NCBI GenBank assembly: GCA_036278755.1
Contig: DASUKL010000114.1
Span: forward strand, 7,659-71,658
Reading direction: 5' to 3'
DNA: 64,000 nucleotides
DNA from: Candidatus Limnocylindrales bacterium
GTDB lineage: Bacteria; Chloroflexota; Limnocylindria; Limnocylindrales; CSP1-4
Of the stretch, positions 47,532 through 55,737 are shown in pieces. Below the pieces are notes generated by a model. It saw nothing but the letters and a program-made list of their open reading frames with translations, was not told the DNA's origin and searched no databases. The position numbers were made by a program, and so were the translations under genes. Position 1 is the stretch's first letter. Each line of letters begins with the position of its first letter.

Positions 47532-48507
47532 GGTTCTTCTCCACCGTCAGGACGGTCCAGTCGCGGAACCGCTGGGCCTGGTACGGGTTGAACTCGATGT
47601 TCACCTTGGCCACGATGTTGTACTTCTCGTTGAGGATGGTGATGATGTCGGCCTCGTAGTTGATGGCCGACGAGCCGCGCAGGTGATGGTTGCGCAGGCG
47701 CGAGGCCTTGAGTCCCTCCTTGTCGGCCGCGACGATCGAGACCATCGGCACGTCCTCGGTGAGGGCCAGGTCCTTGAGGCCGTTGACCACGACCGTGACC
47801 TTCTCCGTCTCGCTGGCGGGCTCGGGCAGGACGGGCACCTTCTGGAGGTAGTCGATCAGGACGAAGAGGCGGCGGTCGCCACTCAGGTCCTGGTGCTGGC
47901 GGATGAGCGTGCGCAGGTTGTCCACGGTGCTGGCCGTCTGCGAGCCACGCATGAGGAACAGGTTCTGGCCGTAGCGCGCCAACCGGTCGAGGGAGGGGCG
48001 GAGACGCGGGTTGTTGGCCAGCTGCTGGCCGTTCATCGTGCCCTCGGCCATCCATGTGCCGAGGATCTCCTGGCGCACGTCCTGGACCTTGATGGCCCCG
48101 GTCTTGTGGGGCAGATGGGCCAGCGCCGACTCCATCGAGATGAGGCGGTTGAGGAGGTACTCCTCATCGTGCTCGAAGCAGATGTAGAGCACGTTGGCCT
48201 GGCCGCCGGAGGCCACGTTACGGGCCATCTGGAGGGCCATGGTCGTCTTGCCCGTGCCCTGGGCGCCGCCCATGAGGAGCAGCTCGCCGCCGCGCAGGCC
48301 GCCGCCGATGGTCTTGTCCAGGGGCGTGAAGCCCAGCGGCACCGGCTGGTACTGGCCGGACTTGCCCGAGGTCACCACGTCGTTCAGGTTGATGAGCACG
48401 TCCAGCGCCGAACGCGGGTTCATGCTCCCGCCGTCAGTCACGAGGCGCCATTCCGCGGAGGACGCGGAGGATGGGGCGGCCGCAGGCTCGATCTCGGGTA
48501 CGGTCAT
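47413..48507 (-). CDS. Stand-alone RecA-superfamily ATPase resembling the DnaB helicase C-terminal domain / single-domain KaiC
   Basis: PLGFTPLDKTIGGGLRGGELLLMGGAQGTGKTTMALQMARN...LYICFEHDEEYLLNRLISMES...LFVLIDYLQKV. Noticeably lower GC and a K/N/I/Y-richer composition than its neighbours. Confidence 0.75.
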   Translation of the reverse strand: MTVPEIEPAAAPSSASSAEWRLVTDGGSMNPRSALDVLINLNDVVTSGKSGQYQPVPLGFTPLDKTIGGGLRGGELLLMGGAQGTGKTTMALQMARNVASGGQANVLYICFEHDEEYLLNRLISMESALAHLPHKTGAIKVQDVRQEILGTWMAEGTMNGQQLANNPRLRPSLDRLARYGQNLFLMRGSQTASTVDNLRTLIRQHQDLSGDRRLFVLIDYLQKVPVLPEPASETEKVTVVVNGLKDLALTEDVPMVSIVAADKEGLKASRLRNHHLRGSSAINYEADIITILNEKYNIVAKVNIEFNPYQAQRFRDWTVLTVEKNRGGQDNVDLEYEKHFEFACFDPNGRTVQEKLIEERLYND

Positions 48508-48619
48508 CGGCGCGAAGTCCCCTCAGCGACAGCTGGCTGGAGGGCGATGATAGCATCGGGCCGCGTCAGAGGAAGGTGCCTAAGCCACCAAATCCGCACA
48601 GCCGGGCGGCTCCGTCGGC

Positions 48620-50041
48620 TCAGGCGGCCGAGGCGGACCCCGAGGCGCCCTGCCCGGCGAGCGGCGCCTCGGCGAGGGCCTCCCAGTAGCGACAGATGAC
48701 GCGGATGCCCTGCTCGAAGTTGTCGAGGACGAGAGACTCGTTGGGGGCGTGGGCCTGGCAGTCGGGGTTCATGAACCCGAGCAGGACGACCGGCAGCCCC
48801 AGGGTCTTGTCGAAGACGGCCGTCACCGGCACCGAGCCGCCCTCGAAGATGAGGTAGGGGCGCTGACCGAAGACGGCTTCGATCACGCCCGCGGCCGCCT
48901 CGACGGCAGGGTGATGGGTGGCCGTCACGGAGGGCCGCCCGGTGTTGATGAGGTGGACCTCGACCTCCACCCCGCTCGGGGCGTGATCGATGACGTGGCG
49001 GCGGAAGAGCTCGAAGATCCGCTCCGGATCCTGGTCCGGGACGAGGCGGCAGCTGACCTTGGCGTGGACATGGGCGGGGATGATCGTCTTGGCCCCCTCG
49101 CCCTGGAAGCCGCCCCACAGGCCGTTCACGTCACAGGTCGGCCGCAGGCCCCGCCGCTCGAGGGGCGACCAGCCGGCCTCGCCGGCCAGCTCGGGGACGC
49201 CGATGCGCTGGCGGTAGGCCTCCTCGTCGAAGGGCAGCCGGGCGACCTCCTCCCGGATCCGAGTGCCGGGCTCCTGGACGGCGTCGTAGAAGCCCGCGAT
49301 GGCCACCCGCCCCTCCTCGTCATGGAGCGAGGCGAGGATGCGGGCCAGGGCGTCGGCCGGGTTGCGCACCACGCCGCCGAAGCCGCCCGAGTGGAGGTCG
49401 AGGTCGGGCCCGCGGACGTCGACCTGGGCGTACATCATGCCCCGCAACGAGCTGGTGATGGCCGGCAGGTTGCCGTCCAGGAACTCGGTGTCGCTGACCA
49501 CGGCCAGGTCGGCCGCCAGCTGCTCACGGTGGGCCTCGACCCAGCGCTCGAGGTTCTCCGAGCCCGACTCCTCCTCGCCCTCGAAGAGGAAGCGGAGGTT
49601 GATGGGCAGGGCCTGGCGGACGCTCAGCCAGGCCTCGACGGCGGCCAGGTGCATGGCCACGTGGCTCTTGTCGTCGGCCGCACCGCGGGCGTACACCCGG
49701 CCTTCCTCGACGCGCGGCTCGAAGGGCGGCTTGACCCACAGGTCCAGCGGATCCACCGGCTGGACGTCGTAGTGGGCGTAGACGAGCACGGTCGGCGCCC
49801 GGGGGGCGCGGAGCCAGTCCCCATAGACGACCGGCGGCCCATCCGTGGGCGCGACCTCGACGTGCTCCAGGCCCGCGTGGCGCATCCGTTCGGCGATGAA
49901 GGCCGCGGTGGCCTCCAGATCGGGCCGGTGCTCGGGCAGCGCCGAGATGCTGGGGATCGAGAGCAGCGCGACGAAGTCGGCCAGGCGGGCCGCCGCCCCG
50001 GCCTCGAGATGGGCGTCGAGGTCGCTGAACGTCTCGCTCAC
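48620..50041 (-). CDS. M20-family metallopeptidase (dipeptidase / ArgE-DapE-like)
   Basis: YAHYDVQP...RGAADDKSHVAMHLAA...FEGEEESGSENL...HSGGFGGVV are the M20 metal-binding and catalytic motifs. Confidence 0.85.
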   Translation of the reverse strand: MSETFSDLDAHLEAGAAARLADFVALLSIPSISALPEHRPDLEATAAFIAERMRHAGLEHVEVAPTDGPPVVYGDWLRAPRAPTVLVYAHYDVQPVDPLDLWVKPPFEPRVEEGRVYARGAADDKSHVAMHLAAVEAWLSVRQALPINLRFLFEGEEESGSENLERWVEAHREQLAADLAVVSDTEFLDGNLPAITSSLRGMMYAQVDVRGPDLDLHSGGFGGVVRNPADALARILASLHDEEGRVAIAGFYDAVQEPGTRIREEVARLPFDEEAYRQRIGVPELAGEAGWSPLERRGLRPTCDVNGLWGGFQGEGAKTIIPAHVHAKVSCRLVPDQDPERIFELFRRHVIDHAPSGVEVEVHLINTGRPSVTATHHPAVEAAAGVIEAVFGQRPYLIFEGGSVPVTAVFDKTLGLPVVLLGFMNPDCQAHAPNESLVLDNFEQGIRVICRYWEALAEAPLAGQGASGSASAA

Positions 50042-50139
50042 GGGCGGATCCTCCGAACGTCAGCGAGCGGGCCCGAAGGCCCGCTCGCAAGGGATGCTGT
50101 CCGGCGCCCCGACGGGCGCCGTTGGGACCGTCGCCGACC

Positions 50140-52137
50140 TCAGGCGGGGCTGGGCGACGGCTTGGGGGCCGGCGCCGTGACCGGCGGGGCGGGCATCTGG
50201 CGTGGCGTCAGTCCGGGCTCCAGGGGTCGCGGCGTGGGGCCGCCCTGCTGGCGCGGGTCGGGGATGTCGGCGAAGAGGCCCTCGAACGCTTCGCGCTCGA
50301 CCGTCTCCTCGGCCACCAGCTTCTCGGCCAGCGTCACGAGGCGATCCTTGTACCTCGTCAGGACGTCCATAGCCCGGGCATAGCCCCGGTCGATGATGGC
50401 CCGCACCTCTTCGTCGATGACCTTGGCCACATCGTCGGAGTAGTTGCGCTGCTCGCCGATCTCACGACCCAGGAAGACGAGCTCGTCGCGCTTGCCGAAG
50501 CTCAGCGGGCCGAGCTTCTCGCTCATGCCGAACTCGGTCACCATGCGGCGGGCCAGGTTGGTCGCCTTCTCGATGTCGTTCGAGGCGCCGGTCGTGGTGT
50601 CGCCGAAGATGAGCTTCTCCGAGGCGTTGCCCCCCAGCAGGCCGGCGATCTTGTCCTCGAACTCCGTCTTGCTCTGGAGATAGCGGTCCTCGGAGGGCAG
50701 GGCCATGGTGTAGCCCAGGGCCATGCCCCGGCTGATGATCGTCACCTTGTTGACCGGATCGCACTTGGGCAGGATGCGCTGGACCACGGCGTGACCGCCC
50801 TCGTGGTAGGCGATGATCGCCTTCTCCTCGTCGGAGATGATGCGGCTCTTCCGCTCGGGCCCGGCCACGACGCGCTCCAGGGCCTCGCTGAACTCGGTCG
50901 TGCCGATGACCTTCTTGTTGCGCCGCGCGGCGAGGATGGCCGACTCGTTGACGAGGTTGGCCAGGTCCGCCCCGGAGAAGCCCGGCGACTGGCGGGCGAT
51001 GACCTGCAGGTCGATGGACTTGTCGAGCGGCTTGCCTTTGACGTGGACCTTGAGGATCTCCAGGCGGCCTTTCATGTCCGGCCGATCGAGGATGACTTGG
51101 CGATCGAAGCGGCCGGGCCGCAGGAGCGCCGGGTCGAGGACGTCCGGTCGGTTGGTGGCAGCCACGACGATGACGTTCGTGTTCGTGTCGAAGCCGTCCA
51201 TCTCGACCAGGATCTGGTTGAGGGTCTGCTCGCGCTCGTCATGGGACCCGCCGAGGCCGGCGCCGCGCTGGCGGCCGACCGCGTCGATCTCGTCGACGAA
51301 GACGATACAGGGGCTGTTGCGCTTGGCCTGGTCGAAGAGGTCGCGGACGCGGCTGGCGCCGACGCCCACGAACATCTCCACGAACTCGGAGCCGGAGATG
51401 CTGAAGAACGGCACCCCGGCCTCGCCCGCGACGGCCCGGGCGAGGAGGGTCTTCCCGGTGCCTGGCGGCCCGACCAGCAACACGCCCCGCGGGATGCGGG
51501 CCCCCAGCGAGTTGAACTTCTCGGGGTATTTGAGGAACTCGACGACCTCCTGGAGCTCCGTCTTGGCCTCATCCACGCCGGCCACGTCGTTGAACGTGAC
51601 GACGGTCTTGTTGCCGAGGAACATCCGGGCCCGACTCTTGCCGAAGCTCATGGCCTGGTTGTTGGTGCCCTGGGCCTGGCGGAACATGATGAACAGGAAG
51701 GCGCCGATGACGACGACCGGCAGGACGGTCATGAGCAGCAGGCCCAGCCACTGGCTGGTCTGGGACTCGGGCTGGGCGAAGAGGGGCGGGATGCCGTTGG
51801 TGCAGGAAGCGCCCGGCTCGGCGCAGGCGGCCTGCATGTCGTCGGTCACGCCCTCCCCCAGGCTGCCCGGCACTTCGCTCTGGACTTCCGTCTGGCCGTC
51901 GGCCAGGGCCGAGGTCAGGGTGATGTCCAGCTGCGTGCCCTGCTGGACGACCTTGGCCACCTTGCCCTCCTTGACGAGGTCAAGGAAGGAGGTGACGCTG
52001 CCGGCGCCCGAGCCGGTGCCGGCGTAGGGGATCGTCGCTGTCTGGGGAGGGGTGAAGACGGTGATGAACAACAGCACCGCGATGCCCATCACCAGGATGA
52101 GCGTGACGATGCCATTGCGGAGGAAACGGGTATTCAA
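50140..52137 (-). CDS. ftsH: ATP-dependent zinc metalloprotease FtsH
   Basis: N-terminal TMs, AAA module ([32 protein letters not shown]), SRH, HEGGHAV zinc site. Apparent TTG start at 52137 with GGAGG upstream. Confidence 0.92.
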   Translation of the reverse strand: MNTRFLRNGIVTLILVMGIAVLLFITVFTPPQTATIPYAGTGSGAGSVTSFLDLVKEGKVAKVVQQGTQLDITLTSALADGQTEVQSEVPGSLGEGVTDDMQAACAEPGASCTNGIPPLFAQPESQTSQWLGLLLMTVLPVVVIGAFLFIMFRQAQGTNNQAMSFGKSRARMFLGNKTVVTFNDVAGVDEAKTELQEVVEFLKYPEKFNSLGARIPRGVLLVGPPGTGKTLLARAVAGEAGVPFFSISGSEFVEMFVGVGASRVRDLFDQAKRNSPCIVFVDEIDAVGRQRGAGLGGSHDEREQTLNQILVEMDGFDTNTNVIVVAATNRPDVLDPALLRPGRFDRQVILDRPDMKGRLEILKVHVKGKPLDKSIDLQVIARQSPGFSGADLANLVNESAILAARRNKKVIGTTEFSEALERVVAGPERKSRIISDEEKAIIAYHEGGHAVVQRILPKCDPVNKVTIISRGMALGYTMALPSEDRYLQSKTEFEDKIAGLLGGNASEKLIFGDTTTGASNDIEKATNLARRMVTEFGMSEKLGPLSFGKRDELVFLGREIGEQRNYSDDVAKVIDEEVRAIIDRGYARAMDVLTRYKDRLVTLAEKLVAEETVEREAFEGLFADIPDPRQQGGPTPRPLEPGLTPRQMPAPPVTAPAPKPSPSPA

Positions 52138-52312
52138 GGGATGCGAGCCTCCGGAGGCGAGGTCAGCGCCGACCGTGCGGACGCGATGCCGGCAGGCTGA
52201 TTATAGGTCGGCCGCCTGACCTGCCCTGTGGTACGCAAGGACCAGGGGGTCCGGATTGTCGGGTGGCAGGCCGCCGTGACCGCACCGGCAGCGACTGCGA
52301 AGGCTTCAGGGT

Positions 52313-52387
52313 TGGTAGCGGAGGGCGGATTCGAACCACCGACCAAGGGCTTATGAGTCCCCTGCTCTACCACTGAGCTACTCCGCC
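52313..52387 (-). tRNA. tRNA-Met (anticodon CAT), CCA encoded
   Basis: Reverse complement GGCGGAGTAGCTCAGTGGTAGAGCAGGGGACTCATAAGCCCTTGGTCGGTGGTTCGAATCCGCCCTCCGCTACCA folds as a cloverleaf: 7-bp acceptor (G1-U72), D arm GCTC/GAGC, anticodon loop CTCATAA, T arm GGTGG/CCGCC. Initiator versus elongator (or Ile-CAU) not resolved. Confidence 0.8.
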
Positions 52388-52449
52388 GCGGTCGCCGATT
52401 CTAGCCTGGAAGGCCGGATGGCTGCCACCCGTGGCTCGTCCGCCTGGGT

Positions 52450-52558
52450 CCGGGGGGCGGTGCCGCCGGGCGTGACGATCGGGGGCTGGGCCGGGGGGCC
52501 GTGCCGCCGGGCGTGACATTCGGGGGCCGGGCCGGGGGGCCGTGCCGCCGGGCGAGAC
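52450..52558. repeat. 41-bp tandem direct repeat, ~2.7 copies (CGGGGGGCCGTGCCGCCGGGCGTGACATTCGGGGGCCGGGC)
   Basis: Copies at 52450-52490, 52491-52531 and a partial at 52532-52558, differing at 4-5 positions. Each contains GGGCGTGAC / GGGCGAGAC. Confidence 0.7.
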
Positions 52559-52667
52559 AAGCGCCGAACGGACCGCCGCTTGGCAGGCGGATGGTGCGCC
52601 GGGCGTGACGGAGGACCGCTGGAGCGCCCCGCGGTCTCGCGTGGCGTGACGCACGACCGTCGGCGCG

Positions 52668-52770
52668 CCGGCCGATCACCACTTGTACCGCGGAGCGTGA
52701 CAGGGCGGCGCGGGCGCCGGCGGCCGATCACCACTTGTACCGCGGAGCGAGACAGGGCCGGCCGGGGCGC
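52668..52770. repeat. 51-bp direct repeat, 2 copies (GGCCGATCACCACTTGTACCGCGGAGCG[T/A]GACAGGGC)
   Basis: Copies at ~52668-52706 and 52719-52757. Continues the ~41/51-bp periodic GCGTGAC/GCGAGAC motif series (8 occurrences from 52471 to 52779). Confidence 0.6.
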
Positions 52771-52805
52771 GTGACGCAGCCCATGTACGCCGCCCAGGCG
52801 TTCCC

Positions 52806-53315
52806 TCAGGGGCCGAAGAGGAGGTCGAGCCAGGCTCCCAGCGGCGTCGCGGGGGCCGGCCTGGTGGCCCGGGCGCCGAGCGGGGTGATCGGTCGAGGCG
52901 ACGGTGCGTCGGAGGCCAGGGCGAAGGGCCGTTCTCCGGGGGCACCCACGCCGTAGGCTCGGGCCTGGAGGTGGATGAAGGTCTGGCTCTGAACGGTGGC
53001 GAGCTCGGTCTGCTCCTCGGCCAGGCGCTCCTCCTGCACCGCGTTGGCCGCCCGGAGCTGGGCGGCGTGGGCCTGGGCGGCCGAGGTCGTGGCCACGGCC
53101 CGGCCGAAGATGAAGATGATCCAGGCCATCAGCAGGAGGCCGACCACGAGCGCCGCCTGGCGAGCGTGGAGGCCGATGATCGGCGGGGCGACGAACGGGG
53201 GTCGAGGGCCGCCTCCCTGATCCTGCGGACCGCCGCTCGGCGGCCCTGTCGGGGAGGTTCCGCGGCCGCGGCTCCCGGAGGTTCGGCGCGGCAGCGGCGC
53301 GGGTCGCGCATCCAT
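52806..53315 (-). CDS. Septum-formation initiator family protein (FtsB/DivIC-like) with Pro/Gly-rich N-terminal extension
   Basis: Single TM (ALVVGLLLMAWIIFIFG) followed by a coiled coil (AAQAHAAQLRAANAVQEERLAEEQTELATVQSQ). Confidence 0.6.
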   Translation of the reverse strand: MDARPAPLPRRTSGSRGRGTSPTGPPSGGPQDQGGGPRPPFVAPPIIGLHARQAALVVGLLLMAWIIFIFGRAVATTSAAQAHAAQLRAANAVQEERLAEEQTELATVQSQTFIHLQARAYGVGAPGERPFALASDAPSPRPITPLGARATRPAPATPLGAWLDLLFGP

Positions 53316-53324
53316 CGGCGCGAT

Positions 53325-53344
53325 GCTAGCTGCGCGCAGCTAGC
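53325..53344. promoter_or_regulatory. Perfect 20-bp palindrome GCTAGCTGCGCGCAGCTAGC in the divergent divIC-like / helicase intergenic region
   Basis: 10+10 nt perfect inverted repeat with no spacer, 10 bp upstream of the divIC-like start codon. Confidence 0.35.
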
Positions 53345-53409
53345 GCTGTCAACCGCCGGCCGGATCTCCCCGCCCTTGACGACCGGTCCGTCCGTGGTAG
53401 GCTCGAAAG

Positions 53410-53423
53410 CGAACGTCCGTTCG
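53410..53423. promoter_or_regulatory. Candidate LexA (Cheo-type) SOS box CGAAC-GTCC-GTTCG overlapping the promoter of the MrfA-like helicase gene
   Basis: Perfect GAAC-N4-GTTC dyad 4 nt upstream of the GGAGG Shine-Dalgarno sequence and 14 nt upstream of ATG 53437. Confidence 0.45.
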
Positions 53424-53436
53424 TTTCGGAGGATCG

Positions 53437-55737
53437 ATGCGCCTCTACGCTCCGGCCCCCACCGAGCATGCCGTCGAGCAGCTGCTGTCCGATCCCGCCT
53501 TCCGGGCAGCGGTGGTCGCGGATCGGCTGGTGCCTGCTCGGCAGGCTGCCCTGGCCCCCTTCCCGGCCTGGCTCGATCCACGGCTGGTGGCGGGCCTCCG
53601 GGCCCAGGGGATCGAGGCCCTCTACAGCCATCAGGCGGAGGCCATGGAGGCCTTGCGGGCAGGGCTCGACGTGACCGTCGTCACGGCCACCGCCTCGGGC
53701 AAGTCGCTGTGTTACGACCTCCCGGTCCTCCAGGACGTAGCCCAGGATCCGGCCGTCCGGGCCCTCTACATCTTCCCCACCAAGGCCCTCAGCCAGGACC
53801 AGGCCGCCGGCCTGCACGAGCTGGCTCGGGCCGCCGGCATCGACCTGGCCGCGGCGGTCTACGACGGCGACACGCCGGCCCCCGTCCGCTCCTCGATCCG
53901 GGCCGCCGGGCAGGTCGTGCTCACGAACCCGGACATGCTGCACGCCGCGATCCTGCCCCACCACACCAAGTGGTTCCAGCTCTTCGAGCAGCTGCGCTAC
54001 ATCGTCATCGACGAGGCCCACACCTACCGCGGCGTCTTCGGCAGCCATGTGGCCAACGTCATCCGCCGGCTGCTGCGTCTGTGTGCCCACTACGGCTCCG
54101 CGCCGCGGATCGTCACCTGCTCGGCCACCATCGGCCGGCCCGACGCCCTCGTCGAGCGCCTCACCGGCCGGCCCAGCCGGGTCATCGAGCGGGACGGATC
54201 GCCGGCCGGCCCCCGCCGCATCCTGGTCATCGACCCGCCCCTCCTCGACGAGCGCCTAGGGCTGCGACGCGGGACGTTCGGCTTCGTCGAACAGGCCGCC
54301 CTGACCTTCATGCGGGCCGGACGCCAGACGCTGGTCTTCGGTCGCTCCCGCACCTCGGTCGAGCTGCTCCTGAGCCGGCTCCGGGAGGCCCTCCGCGAGG
54401 GTCACGGGCCCTCGGAGCGAATCCGCGGCTACCGCGGCGGCTACCTGCCCACGGAGCGGCGGGCCATCGAGGCCGGCCTGCGCGACGGCTCCCTGCTGGG
54501 CGTGGTGAGCACGAACGCCCTCGAGCTCGGCGTCGATATCGGCCGCCTCGACGCCGCGGTGCTGGCCGGCTACCCCGGCTCGATCGCCGCCACGTGGCAG
54601 CAATTCGGGCGGGCCGGACGGCGTGGCGAGGCCAGCGTGGCCATCCTCGTGGCCACGGGTGGCGCCGTCGATCGATTCGTGGCCCGTCATCCGGACTACC
54701 TCTTCTCCGCCTCACCCGAGGAAGCCCGGCTCGACCCCGACAACCTCCACGTGCTGCTGGCCCACCTGCGGGCGGCCACGTTCGAGCTGCCCTTCGCCCC
54801 AGGCGAGCGCTTCGGCGACCAGCCGGCCGACGAGCTGCTGGCCTTCCTGGCCGAGGAGGGCCATGTCCGCCAGGCGGGCGACGGACGCTGGTACTGGGCC
54901 AGCGAGAACTTCCCCGCCTCGGAGATCCCCCTGCGTACGAGCGCCACGGAGAACGTGGTCATCATCGACCAGGGCCCCCTGGGCCGAGGCGCCCGACCCG
55001 CGGTCATCGGCGAGGTCGACCTCTTCAGTGCCCCGACCCTCGTGCACCAGGGCGCCATCTACCTCCACGAGGCACGCCAGTACCACGTCGAGCGGCTGGA
55101 CTGGGAGGAGCGCAAGGCCTATGTCCGGCCCGTCGACGTCGACCACTTCACCCAGGCCGAGGCGGCCATCACCCTGAAGCCGCTGGAGACGTTCGCCACG
55201 GCCCCGGGGCCGGGCGGCGAGCGGGCCCACGGCGAGGTCATGGTCAGCTCCCTGGCCACGATCTACAAGAAGCTGCGCCTGGAGACCCTGGAGAACCTGG
55301 GTTGGGGGCGGATCCACCTGCCCGAGATCGAGTCGCACACGACCGCCTACTGGCTGGCGGTGGACCCGGCGGCGGTGGCTGGCTGGCGCCGCGATGCTCT
55401 CGACGCGGCCCTCGTGGGCGCGGGGCGGGCCATGCGGACCGTGGCCTGCGTCCTGCTGATGAGCGACCCACGGGACCTGGGCCTCGTCAGCCAAGTCCGC
55501 TCGCCGCACTTCGAGCGGCCGGTCATCTATCTCTATGACGGGGTGCCCGGCGGGGTCGGCCTCTCGAACCGGCTCTTCGCCCGCCACGCCGAGCTCGTGG
55601 CGGGCGCCCGGGCGCTGGTCGACGACTGCCCCTGCAGCGGCGGCTGTCCGGCCTGCATCGGGCCGCGAGTGGAGGCCGGAGGGGAGGCCAAGGCCGGCAC
55701 CGGGCGCCTGCTGGCGCTCTTCGCCGCGGGGTCGTGA
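53437..55737 (+). CDS. DEAD/DEAH-box helicase with C-terminal DUF1998 zinc-binding domain (MrfA/YprA-like DNA repair helicase)
   Basis: Motif I TATASGKSL, DEAH (VIDEAHTYRG), SAT (CSATIG), motif VI QQFGRAGRRG. C-terminal DUF1998 with DDCPCSGGCPACIGP four-Cys cluster. Confidence 0.85.
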   Translation: MRLYAPAPTEHAVEQLLSDPAFRAAVVADRLVPARQAALAPFPAWLDPRLVAGLRAQGIEALYSHQAEAMEALRAGLDVTVVTATASGKSLCYDLPVLQDVAQDPAVRALYIFPTKALSQDQAAGLHELARAAGIDLAAAVYDGDTPAPVRSSIRAAGQVVLTNPDMLHAAILPHHTKWFQLFEQLRYIVIDEAHTYRGVFGSHVANVIRRLLRLCAHYGSAPRIVTCSATIGRPDALVERLTGRPSRVIERDGSPAGPRRILVIDPPLLDERLGLRRGTFGFVEQAALTFMRAGRQTLVFGRSRTSVELLLSRLREALREGHGPSERIRGYRGGYLPTERRAIEAGLRDGSLLGVVSTNALELGVDIGRLDAAVLAGYPGSIAATWQQFGRAGRRGEASVAILVATGGAVDRFVARHPDYLFSASPEEARLDPDNLHVLLAHLRAATFELPFAPGERFGDQPADELLAFLAEEGHVRQAGDGRWYWASENFPASEIPLRTSATENVVIIDQGPLGRGARPAVIGEVDLFSAPTLVHQGAIYLHEARQYHVERLDWEERKAYVRPVDVDHFTQAEAAITLKPLETFATAPGPGGERAHGEVMVSSLATIYKKLRLETLENLGWGRIHLPEIESHTTAYWLAVDPAAVAGWRRDALDAALVGAGRAMRTVACVLLMSDPRDLGLVSQVRSPHFERPVIYLYDGVPGGVGLSNRLFARHAELVAGARALVDDCPCSGGCPACIGPRVEAGGEAKAGTGRLLALFAAGS

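Noticed and set aside
48504-49118. 204-aa Arg-rich ORF upstream of the DnaB-C-like gene
   Set aside because: Overlaps the well-supported M20 peptidase gene in another frame. The composition (Arg/Gly/Pro) is typical of spurious high-GC frames.
52313-52387. Assigning the tRNA as initiator tRNA-fMet
   Set aside because: The anticodon stem does not show the canonical three consecutive G-C pairs at 29-31/39-41, and position 1-72 is a G-U pair rather than the C-A mismatch. Left as generic tRNA-Met(CAT); could also be a tRNA-Ile(CAU-lysidine) type.
52367-52734. Several overlapping 90-120-aa minus-strand ORFs with repeated VTPGGTAPRP peptides
   Set aside because: They lie entirely within the GCGTGAC tandem-repeat array. 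The peptide repetition simply mirrors the DNA repeats. There is no start context or composition support.
52390-52790. Possible CRISPR array
   Set aside because: Repeat units are directly adjacent or irregularly spaced with no unique spacers of constant length, and no cas genes are in the window. The array is better described as a tandem minisatellite or binding-site array.
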